From the NCBI GenBank assembly GCA_963726455.1, contig CAVSCK010000004.1, forward strand, positions 1,824,001 through 1,888,000: 64,000 nt of DNA, in the 5' to 3' direction. The notes beneath the pieces were generated by a model. It did no database searches and was not told the DNA's origin. It worked only from the letters and a program-made list of their open reading frames with translations. Each line of letters opens with the position of its first letter. Within the stretch, counting starts at the first letter, position 1. Positions 10,201 through 19,683 of the stretch are shown here, one piece after another. The position numbers and the translations under genes are program-made. This DNA comes from an uncultured bacterium. GTDB lineage: Bacteria > Zixibacteria > MSB-5A5 > CAIYYT01.

Positions 10201-11127
10201 ATGATGCCTACAGTCGCAGCCAGAACAACGCCAAGGAACACCGCGGTGCATAAAGGTCGGCAGCAAAGATCAGCCGCTCGGACTATTGTGTACCTGGTCA
10301 CTTTCGCTGTCCTGATGGTGCTGTTCGTGCATGGTTTCTCTTACTACTTGACCCCCTATGCTGAGCGCGCGCGGCAACTTGCGTATCGACAACTTCGACC
10401 GGCCGGCGAGATGGGTCTCATTTACGGGATCATGGGCGCCTCAATGATGGTCATAATGCTGACCTACTCACTGCGCAAACGCATGAAATCCCTGGCCCGT
10501 TATGGTGCGCTGTCCGGCTGGCTGCATTTCCATATCTACCTTGGGATAGTCGGGCCATTATTTATTATTCTGCACACGTCATTCAAGGTTCAGGGGCTGG
10601 TTGCAGTCAGTTTCTGGTCGATGGTCGTGGTAGCGGCCAGCGGCTATTTCGGCAGATACCTCTACCTGCAGATTCCCCGTAACATCCAGGGAAACGTCCT
10701 AAGCTTGCAGGAGCTGGAGGAAAGTAATCGCGTCCTCAATGCCACATTAGTCGAGGAATATCAGCTCAGCCCGGAATTGATCACCAAGCTCGACAGTCTG
10801 GCCGATGTGCAGATTCCACAAACCGCCGGGCTATGGCACGCGCTGGGTTTGACCCTGGCAAGCGACGTACGCTGGTGGTTTACCAAGCGACGATTCAGAA
10901 AAGAATACGCACAATCTTTGGCTCTGCCCAGGAGCAAACAGCGGCAGTTGATGCGCGTGACTAGTGAACGCACCCAGCTTCGCCGCCGCATTGCTCTGTT
11001 GAGCCGAATACAGCAACTGTTCCACTACTGGTATGTGCTACACAAACCATTTGCGATCATCATGTACATTGTGATGTCGATACACATTACGGTCGCAGTC
11101 TGGACGGGGTATGCATGGGTTTTTTGA
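10201..11127 (+). CDS. Inner-membrane protein, ferric-reductase-like / cytochrome b-type
   Basis: About 5 hydrophobic segments with His at heme-b-like positions (WLHFHIYLG, ILHTSF, WYVLHKPF, SIHIT). First gene of the multiheme operon. Confidence 0.65.
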   Translation: MMPTVAARTTPRNTAVHKGRQQRSAARTIVYLVTFAVLMVLFVHGFSYYLTPYAERARQLAYRQLRPAGEMGLIYGIMGASMMVIMLTYSLRKRMKSLARYGALSGWLHFHIYLGIVGPLFIILHTSFKVQGLVAVSFWSMVVVAASGYFGRYLYLQIPRNIQGNVLSLQELEESNRVLNATLVEEYQLSPELITKLDSLADVQIPQTAGLWHALGLTLASDVRWWFTKRRFRKEYAQSLALPRSKQRQLMRVTSERTQLRRRIALLSRIQQLFHYWYVLHKPFAIIMYIVMSIHITVAVWTGYAWVF

Positions 11128-12854
11128 GGAGTTGGGCAGGAACTCACGCACATCTCACGGGATCGAAGCCACCTCTCGTCCTGCTGGTGGCAGTAGTACT
11201 ATTATGTGGAACAAACCGCAGCTTTGCCCAGCTTTCGCCGGGCCCGCTTTTTCGATCTCATGCGTCCCTCGAGGGCGTTGAGAACTGTCAGAAGTGTCAC
11301 GACCCAAATCAGGAGAAAGCACCTGGAAAGTGCCTCTCCTGCCATAAGGAGATTGCTGCAGAAATGGATCGCCATGACGGTCTGCACGGGAAGCAGAATT
11401 ATCGCGAATGCCGGGATTGTCATGTCGAGCATCAGGGTGTTGACGTTGAACTGGTCTACTGGAAAGACGGAATGCATAACTTCGATCACAATTTGACCGG
11501 ATATACACTGGAAGGCAAGCACGCCACCCTTAAGTGCCGTGATTGCCACGTAGCGAAGAATATCGCCGATAAAACAGCCCTGGCAGAGGCGGAGAAGGAT
11601 CTCACTAGGACGTTCCTTGGCCTGGATCCGCGTTGCCTGACTTGCCACGCCGACGAACATCATGGTCAGTTGGCTGCCACCTGCGCTAATTGCCACAATT
11701 ACTCCGCCTGGAAACCGGCCCCCACGTTCGATCACGCCAAGGCGAAATACGTCCTGACCGGCAAACATCTACAGGTAAAGTGTGATAAGTGTCATTTGCC
11801 GATCCCCGACAGCACTCAGGTAAACCAAAAGAATTATGCTCACTATACCGGTTTGAAATTTCAGAAGTGCATTGACTGCCACAAAGACGCCCATGACGGA
11901 CGGCTTGGCACTGATTGCGAAAAGTGCCACAATCCCGACGGCTGGGGAGTCACGCAACTCGCAAAATTCGATCATAGCAAGACGCGCTACCCGCTGCTGG
12001 GTCTGCACGGTCAGTTGACTTGTGACAAGTGCCACAAGCGGGGTGAACCTGTCAAGGGACTCCATTACCAGAAGTGTCTCGACTGCCATACTGATATTCA
12101 TCTGGGCGAATTCGCCGACCGCCCCCAGAAAGGTGCTTGCGAAGAATGCCATTCGGTGAAAGGGTTCAAGTTCACCAGCTTCACGCTGGAGATGCATCAA
12201 CAGACCAAGTACAAGTTGCAGGGCTCGCACCAGGCCGTCAGCTGTGACCTTTGCCATAGCAAGACGACGCCGGTCGCCAAGGCAACAGGCAAGAGGTTCA
12301 CTTTCAATTCGACCCGCTGCTCCGTATGTCATTCAGACGTTCATAAGAACGCCCTTGATAAATTCGTATCAGTGGACGGGTGTGAGCTGTGCCATGACGT
12401 CGCCGGTTGGCGTACCGTCAAGTTTGACCATAGCCGTACGAAATTCGCGCTTGAAGGGAAGCATATTGGCATTGTCTGCCGTGATTGCCACAACGGAAAA
12501 GATAAGAAAGTTCCGGTCGAGCAACTCAAATGGGCCGGCGTTTCACGCAAATGCGAAGACTGCCATAAGGACAACCATCACGATCAATTTTCTCAAGTCG
12601 CTAAGATGGCTGACTCAACTTCATCATATTGCGAGCGCTGCCATACCGTCAAGGCCTGGACCGGGGAAAAATTCAACCACAACAGAGATTCGCAATTCAA
12701 ACTGGAAGGCGCGCACCAGAAAGTTGCCTGCGCCGGTTGCCACAAGAAGGTGCAGGAGGGTGAAGTGACATTCGTGCGCTATAAGCCGCTGTCATCCGCC
12801 TGCAAGAGCTGTCATGCGGAAGGCACTCTCGAGGAAAAGGGGAAAACCTTATGA
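11115..12854 (+). CDS. Exported multiheme cytochrome c, 20 CxxCH
   Basis: 20 CxxCH counted by hand, a signal-like N-terminus, and repeating FDH..T.Y.L.G.H units. Overlaps both neighbouring genes. Confidence 0.92.
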   Translation: MGFLRSWAGTHAHLTGSKPPLVLLVAVVLLCGTNRSFAQLSPGPLFRSHASLEGVENCQKCHDPNQEKAPGKCLSCHKEIAAEMDRHDGLHGKQNYRECRDCHVEHQGVDVELVYWKDGMHNFDHNLTGYTLEGKHATLKCRDCHVAKNIADKTALAEAEKDLTRTFLGLDPRCLTCHADEHHGQLAATCANCHNYSAWKPAPTFDHAKAKYVLTGKHLQVKCDKCHLPIPDSTQVNQKNYAHYTGLKFQKCIDCHKDAHDGRLGTDCEKCHNPDGWGVTQLAKFDHSKTRYPLLGLHGQLTCDKCHKRGEPVKGLHYQKCLDCHTDIHLGEFADRPQKGACEECHSVKGFKFTSFTLEMHQQTKYKLQGSHQAVSCDLCHSKTTPVAKATGKRFTFNSTRCSVCHSDVHKNALDKFVSVDGCELCHDVAGWRTVKFDHSRTKFALEGKHIGIVCRDCHNGKDKKVPVEQLKWAGVSRKCEDCHKDNHHDQFSQVAKMADSTSSYCERCHTVKAWTGEKFNHNRDSQFKLEGAHQKVACAGCHKKVQEGEVTFVRYKPLSSACKSCHAEGTLEEKGKTL

Positions 12855-15800
12855 AGCGATTTACACTCGGTTTGATAGCGGTACTGATTCTGGTAGCGGG
12901 CGTAACTGTGGTAAGCCAGCAGCCGCCCAAGAACCCACACGGCCAGTTGAAATGGGATTGCCAGGTGTGCCATACGCCGCAATCGTGGTCCACGATGCGC
13001 GAGCCGATGACTTTCGATCATAACGAGACCGGATTCGCTCTTATCGGCAGGCACCGCACTGCGGCATGCAGCGGCTGCCACAAGGATTTACACTTTGCCA
13101 AAGTCGAACAGACCTGCGTGAAGTGTCATAACGATGTTCATCGCGGCCAGATGGGCGCCTCCTGCCAGGATTGCCATACTTCAGAAAACTGGCAGAACCG
13201 TCAGGACGTGTTCAATCTTCACTCTCAGAATGGATTCCTGCTGTCCGGAGTGCATGCCATCACCGATTGTGAGGCCTGCCACAAAAACGAACCGGGCAAA
13301 GAATTCTCTGCTGTCTCGACCGAGTGCGAAGCGTGCCATGCCTCAACTTATGCCGCTACCCAGAACCCCAATCACGCCCAGGCAGGGTTCCCATTGCATT
13401 GCGCCTCCTGCCACGAGGCGGAACTCATGGCCTGGCGAACTGTCAAGTTCGATCATTCCGCGACGTTCCCATTAATCGGCGGCCACAGCCGTGCGGTTTG
13501 CTCTGACTGCCACAAGGGTCAGCTTACGGCGGCACCAGTAAGGATTGCTTCAGTTGCCATGAAGCCAGTTTCGCCAGCGCCAACGATCCAAATCACGTGA
13601 AAGGCAGTTACGACCATGATTGCAAGGGCTGCCACACAATCCAGGCCTGGAAACCGGCAACCGTTGATCACAATGCCACTCGTTTTCCACTGACAGGCGC
13701 ACACGCGACTGTTTCCTGTGATAAGTGCCACACGAACGGATTTACCGGCACAACAACCGCCTGCTACGACTGTCATCAGGACAAGTTTACTTCGGTGGCA
13801 GACCCTAATCATGTCACGAACAATTTTAATCACGAATGCACTAAGTGCCACACGACAGCGGCATGGAAGCCCGCGACCTTCGACCACGCCGGAACTACTT
13901 TTCCGTTAACCGGTGCTCATGCGGCCGCGTCCTGCATCGCCTGTCACAGCTGCCGGCTATGTGAACACGCCGACCGCGTGCTATAGCTGCCACCAGGACA
14001 AGTTTACCTCAGTGACCGATCCGAACCACGTCACCGGGAATTTCGATCATAACTGCACGATTTGCCATTCAACCACTGCCTGGTCACCGGCAACTTTCGA
14101 TCACAGCAAGACCACCTTCCCGTTGACGGGAGCGCATCAGACGACCACTTGCGCCGCTTGTCACACTTCGGGTTACACTACAACGTCGACCGCTTGTTAC
14201 AGTTGCCATCAGGACAAATTCGTGGGCGCCAAGGATCCGGATCACGTGGCCGGCAATTTTGATCATGTATGTTCAAAATGCCATTCGACAACGGCATGGT
14301 CACCCGCGACTTTCGACCACAATCAAACGCAATTCCCACTGACCGGAAAACATGTGGGTGTCGCTTGTCAGTCCTGCCACACAACCGGCTACGTCAACAC
14401 TCCGACCGACTGCTATAGTTGCCACCAGCAGCAATATGTCAACGTGACTGATCCTAATCATGTCGCCAACAACTACAGCCACGACTGCACTAAATGCCAT
14501 TCTACGTCCGGCTGGGGCAACGATTCATTTGATCATAACGTTACGGCCTTCCCCTTAACAGGCGCTCACACTACGGTGACATGTGCCACTTGCCACACCA
14601 GCGGCTACTCAAATACACCGTCGGATTGCTATAGCTGCCACCAGACCAAATTCACCTCCGTGGCCGATCCAAACCATGTCACTAACAATTACAGCCACAC
14701 CTGCTCGACTTGTCACACGACGACTGACTGGGTCACCGTGACATTCGACCATAGTATCACTCCTTTTGCGTTGACCGGCGCACACGTGCCTTTGACCTGC
14801 TCCGCCTGTCACACCTCCGGCTTTGCCAATACGCCGAGCACCTGCTACGGATGTCATCAGAGTACGTTCACCGGAGTTACCGACCCGAACCACGTGTCCG
14901 GCAATTACAGCCATACCTGCACCCAGTGCCATACGACATCGGCCTGGAAACCGGCGACCTTCGATCATTCGGGTACACCTTTCCCGCTGACCGGGGCGCA
15001 TACAACAGCTTCCTGTACCGGATGTCATGCGAACGGTTTCGCCGGAACTCCAACCGCCTGTTATAGCTGTCACCAGGATAAATTCACATCAGTAGTCGAT
15101 CCCAACCACGTGACCGGAAACTTCGATCACACTTGCACGAAGTGCCATTCTACCTCGGTCTGGAAGCCGGCGACGTTCGATCATTCGCAGTCAGTCTTTC
15201 CTCTGACCGGAAAACATACGACCGTCACCTGCACGGCTTGCCACACGAACGGCTTTACATCGACTCCGACTGACTGCTATAGCTGTCACCAAACCGTGTA
15301 TACGTCGGCGACAAACCCGAATCACGTGCAAAACAACTTCGGCCAGGACTGCACAATTTGCCACAATACTACTGCCTGGCAGCCGTCAACTTTCAATCAC
15401 AGTTCCACGGCTTTCCCGTTGACCGGCGCACACGCCAATGTGACGTCTTGCGTAACCTGCCATGCTTCCGGTTACGTAAGTACTTCGACGGCCTGTTACT
15501 CGTGCCATGCGACCGACTTCACGGGAGCCACCGATCCAAACCACGTGACCAACAATTACGATCACAATTGCTCCAAGTGCCACAGCACCATATCGTGGGC
15601 CTCAGCGACGTTCGATCACAGTACCACCGGTTTTGCCCTGGTGGGTAAGCACATTGGGTTAACGTGTGTCTCCTGTCATTCGGCGGGCTATGTCGGCACT
15701 TCGCCGTTGTGCTATTCTTGTCACGAAACCGCGTTCACGGGCGCCACCAGTCCCAACCACGTGCAGAATCTCTTTGACCATGATTGCACTAAGTGCCATA

Positions 15801-17986
15801 ACGCCAACGGCTGGACTCCGTCGACCTTCAATCACGCGTCGACAACGTTCCCGCTGACCGGAGCACATACAAGTCTGACTTGTATCTCCTGCCACGCATC
15901 CGGATATGTGAACACTCCGAAGGATTGCTACTCCTGCCATCAAACGACATACACAGGGGTGACGGATCCCAATCATGTAGCGCTCAATTACAGTCATGAT
16001 TGCACGCAGTGTCACAGCACGACATCCTGGTCAGGGGCCACGTTCGATCACAGTACCACCGGCTTTGCCCTGACCGGCAAACATATCGGAGTCACGTGTC
16101 TCACCTGTCACACATCTGGCTACGCCGGAACCTCTCCGGCCTGCTACTCCTGCCACCAGACGGCGTTTACCGGTGCGGCAACTCCGAGCCACACTACGAA
16201 CAACTTCGATCACGACTGCACGATCTGCCATAACACGAGCGGCTGGACACCGTCCACCTTTAACCATGCGACGTCGCCGTTCCCGCTAACCGGTGCACAT
16301 ACAAGTTTGACTTGTATCTCCTGCCACACTACGGGGTATGTTAATACACCTACTGACTGCTATGCGTGTCACCAGACTAATTTCACCGGCACGACGAATC
16401 CTCCGCATGTCAGCAACAACTTCAGCCATACGTGCACGACTTGCCACACCACAACGGCCTGGTCACCGGCTACTTTCAATCATGCGACGACGACCTTCCC
16501 GCTAACCGGAGCGCACACAACGGCGACTTGCATTTCCTGCCACTCCGCCGGATATGTGAACACACCGACTGATTGCTATGCCTGCCACCAGACTAATTTC
16601 ACCGGCACGACGAATCCGCCGCATGTCAGCAATAATTTCAGCCATACTTGCACGACGTGCCATACGACGACGGCCTGGTCGCCGGCTACTTTCAATCATG
16701 CGACGACTTCCTTCCCGCTGACCGGTGCACACACAACGGCGACTTGTATCTCTTGCCACTCCGCCGGATATGTGAATACACCGACCGATTGTTACACCTG
16801 TCATCTAGCCAATTTCACCGGCACGACGAATCCGCCGCATGTCAGCAACAACTTCAGCCATACTTGCACGACCTGCCATAGTACAACCGCCTGGTCTCCG
16901 TCAACCTTCAATCACGCGACGACGGCGTTCCCATTGACGGGCGCACACGTCAGTCTGACCTGCATTTCCTGCCATGCATCCGGATACACTAGTACACCAA
17001 CTGATTGTTACGCTTGCCACCAGACTGACTTCACAGGTGCAACGAGTCCGGCGCATGTCAGCAACAATTTCAGCCATACCTGTACGACCTGCCATAGTAC
17101 AACCGCCTGGTCACCGTCAACCTTCAATCACGCGACGACGGCGTTCCCATTGACAGGCGCACATGTAAGTCTGACTTGTATTTCCTGCCATGCATCCGGA
17201 TACACAAGTACGCCGACTGATTGTTACTCTTGTCATCAGGCGGCCTTCACCGGAGTCACCGACCCAAATCACGTGACCAACAACTTCAGTCACACCTGTA
17301 CAACCTGTCACAGTACGACTGCCTGGTCTCCGGCCACGTTCAACCACAGCACCACAGTGTTCCCGCTTACCGGCGCGCATGTGAGTGCGACCTGTATTTC
17401 GTGTCATGCGTCGGGCTACGCCAATACACCGACGGCCTGCAATTCCTGCCACCACAGCGCTTTTACCGGCGCTACAAATCCAAACCATACGTCGGCCGGC
17501 TTCGCAACGACCTGTAACACGTGCCACACGACAACGGCGTGGGTGCCTTCAACCTGGAGCCATACTACTACCGGTTTTGCACTCACGGGCGGCCATGGCG
17601 GCTTGCAGTGCATTTCCTGCCATGCCAACGGCTACACGACGACCTTGCCTGCTTGTTACAGTTGCCATCAGGCCGACTACAACGGTACTACCAATCCTAA
17701 CCATGTGGCAGCTCAGTTTCCGACAACGTGCCAGAATTGTCATAGCACGACCAATTGGACATCGACGACCTGGAATCATGATTCACAGTACTTCCCGATA
17801 TATTCCGGCCATCACCAGGGACGCTGGGACGTTTGCTCAGACTGTCACACCAATGCGAGTAATTTCGCCGTATTCTCTTGCATAACGGGCTGCCATTCGC
17901 AGTCGAGCACGAACTCAGATCACAGCAGTGTAAACAACTACCAGTACAACAGCAATTCCTGCTATAGCTGTCACCCGCGTGGCTGA
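12851..17986 (+). CDS. Giant repetitive multiheme cytochrome c (about 1710 aa, 69 CxxCH + 1 CxxxCH), split by frameshifts near 13524 and 13948
   Basis: ORFs 12851-13600, 13597-13986 and 13913-17986 join into one continuous repeat pattern. After CSDCH-KGQ the shifted frame reads YGGTSKDCFSCH..NDPNHVKG; after CIACH the shifted frame reads AAGYVNTPTACYSCH. Only the first fragment has a signal peptide. Confidence 0.88.
13450..17780 (+). repeat. Intragenic tandem repeat, 216-nt (72-aa) unit, about 20 copies
   Basis: Unit: CxxCH-x11-H-x8-CxxCH-x4-W-x4-F[DN]H-x4-FPLTG[AK]H-x4-CxxCH-x2-G[YF]-x6. Confidence 0.9.
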
Positions 17987-18001
17987 GCACATTAAGGAGC
18001 T

Positions 18002-19639
18002 TTGACATACATGATGAAGCATCACTGGATTTCGCAGGGCAGATTGCTGATACTACTTGCATCGGTTGTGTTGCTGGTATGGGGGAGTCTGATTGCTAAT
18101 CCCAGCCGAACTCTGAAAGTCACCTACGTTTCTACGGAGTATGTCTATGTTGACGGCGGTACGGCCGATGGCTTGACTACTGGAACGCACCTGACGATTG
18201 TCCAGAAAGACTCTGTGCTCGCGGAACTTGAGGTCGCATTTTCGTCGGAGCGTTCGGCGGCCTGCCGCATCATAACGGCAGCGACCGAGATCAAGGCCGG
18301 CATGACCGTCACCTCTCCCGGTGCTCCGGATCAGGACACCACTGCCACGGCGAAGCCGGCGGACACAACTGCAGCCGTTGCCCAACCCGCTCCGGCGCCA
18401 GTCACTGTTCCGCGCGTGACCCCGACGATCACCGGCAGCGTCTCCGTTATCTTCGACCAATCAATTGACAACACCGCCTTCGGCAATAACCTCACGCAAT
18501 CAACCGGACGGCTCAACCTGCGAGGCCGGCACATCGGCGGCCATGACATAAGTTTCTCGATTCAGATGCGGGCGCGTCATGATCAGCGCAGCCGCCCGTT
18601 TCTGAACGACGTCGGTCGGAACGCCTGGGTGAACCGTTTGTATGAATTCTATGTGTCCTATGACGCCAAAGATGCTCCGGTCAATTTCTATGCCGGCCGC
18701 ATTCCAATTAGACGCGTCGGCAGCGTCGGCTTTGTCGACGGACTCCTGGTGGAGAATCGAATCGCGGGATCACTGAGATCCGGATTCTATGGCGGCGCGC
18801 AATCCAAGTGGCAGTACGCCGACCAAACTACGTCACTACAAAAATACGGCACGTACCTCAACTATTCGTCCGGCAGCTACGCCACGAACATGCTCGATCT
18901 CACGCTCGCCTTGTCCGGGGAATACCATTCGGCCACGGCCAGCCGTGAATTGGTATACTCACAGGGCCGATTCAACCGGGGCGACCGGTTCTATATCAGC
19001 GCGATCACCGAAGTAGATGTCAACCGTGGTTGGCGAATGCAGAAAGTTGGCCGCACATTTTCTTTGTCCAGCGTTTATCTGGACTCCCGGTTGAAATTGA
19101 CCAATCGCCTGGCAACCGGTTTGAGCTATGACAGCCGGGAGAATTACTGGACCTACGACATTCGCACTCTGCGCGACAGTCTGTTCGACAGCCATCTGCG
19201 CCAGGGCTTACGCGCCCGGGTCGATTACCGACTGTTCAACGGCTACTTCGCCTCCGCCAATGTCGGAACTAATCGCCGCAACGGCGACCCCGGTCAGAGC
19301 AATTCCTACGGGTTCAGTTTGAGCAAGGGCGCTTTTCTTTTCCGCCGATCAGACGTGAATCTGCAGTATTCGGCTTTCTCGGGCCTGGGACAGAGTGGCG
19401 ACAATTTCTCGGCGCGTCTCGGCAGTTCATTCCTCACGCGAAACTATGTGAGCGTCGGCTATGGATTCTATCGTTTCCGCTGGTCTTCAGCTGTACCGCT
19501 GCGTACGAATACATGGCTGGAATTGTCGACGCGGCTGGAATTTCTCAAGAACTTTTTCCTCTATGGTCTGTTTCAAGAGAATACGGGGGACGACATTAAA
19601 GGACATCGAGTGCAGTTGGAACTCGGTCATTCACTTTAA
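18002..19639 (+). CDS. Putative outer-membrane beta-barrel protein (porin of a porin-cytochrome complex); start may be the ATG at 18011
   Basis: Signal peptide, a small N-terminal beta domain, a Pro/Ala/Thr linker, then about 400 aa of alternating amphipathic strands rich in G/Y/F/R, ending RVQLELGHSL. AAGGAG SD at 17994-17999. Confidence 0.7.
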   Translation: MTYMMKHHWISQGRLLILLASVVLLVWGSLIANPSRTLKVTYVSTEYVYVDGGTADGLTTGTHLTIVQKDSVLAELEVAFSSERSAACRIITAATEIKAGMTVTSPGAPDQDTTATAKPADTTAAVAQPAPAPVTVPRVTPTITGSVSVIFDQSIDNTAFGNNLTQSTGRLNLRGRHIGGHDISFSIQMRARHDQRSRPFLNDVGRNAWVNRLYEFYVSYDAKDAPVNFYAGRIPIRRVGSVGFVDGLLVENRIAGSLRSGFYGGAQSKWQYADQTTSLQKYGTYLNYSSGSYATNMLDLTLALSGEYHSATASRELVYSQGRFNRGDRFYISAITEVDVNRGWRMQKVGRTFSLSSVYLDSRLKLTNRLATGLSYDSRENYWTYDIRTLRDSLFDSHLRQGLRARVDYRLFNGYFASANVGTNRRNGDPGQSNSYGFSLSKGAFLFRRSDVNLQYSAFSGLGQSGDNFSARLGSSFLTRNYVSVGYGFYRFRWSSAVPLRTNTWLELSTRLEFLKNFFLYGLFQENTGDDIKGHRVQLELGHSL

Positions 19640-19683
19640 CTGTCTTGTTCGCCGGTTAGCGGTGGACGAAGGATCGAAAAGTA

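Noticed and set aside
12851-13986. Treating 12851-13600 and 13597-13986 as separate small cytochromes
   Set aside because: The downstream pieces lack signal peptides and SD sequences, and the repeat continues across the frame changes.
13500-13990. Programmed frameshifting or TGA (Sec) readthrough joining the cytochrome fragments
   Set aside because: No slippery heptamer at either junction, and the heme pattern changes frame well before the stops, so readthrough would not restore it.
13450-17780. Regular repeats as a possible CRISPR array
   Set aside because: The period is 216 nt, in frame and degenerate at third codon positions; these are protein-coding repeats with no repeat-spacer structure and no cas genes.
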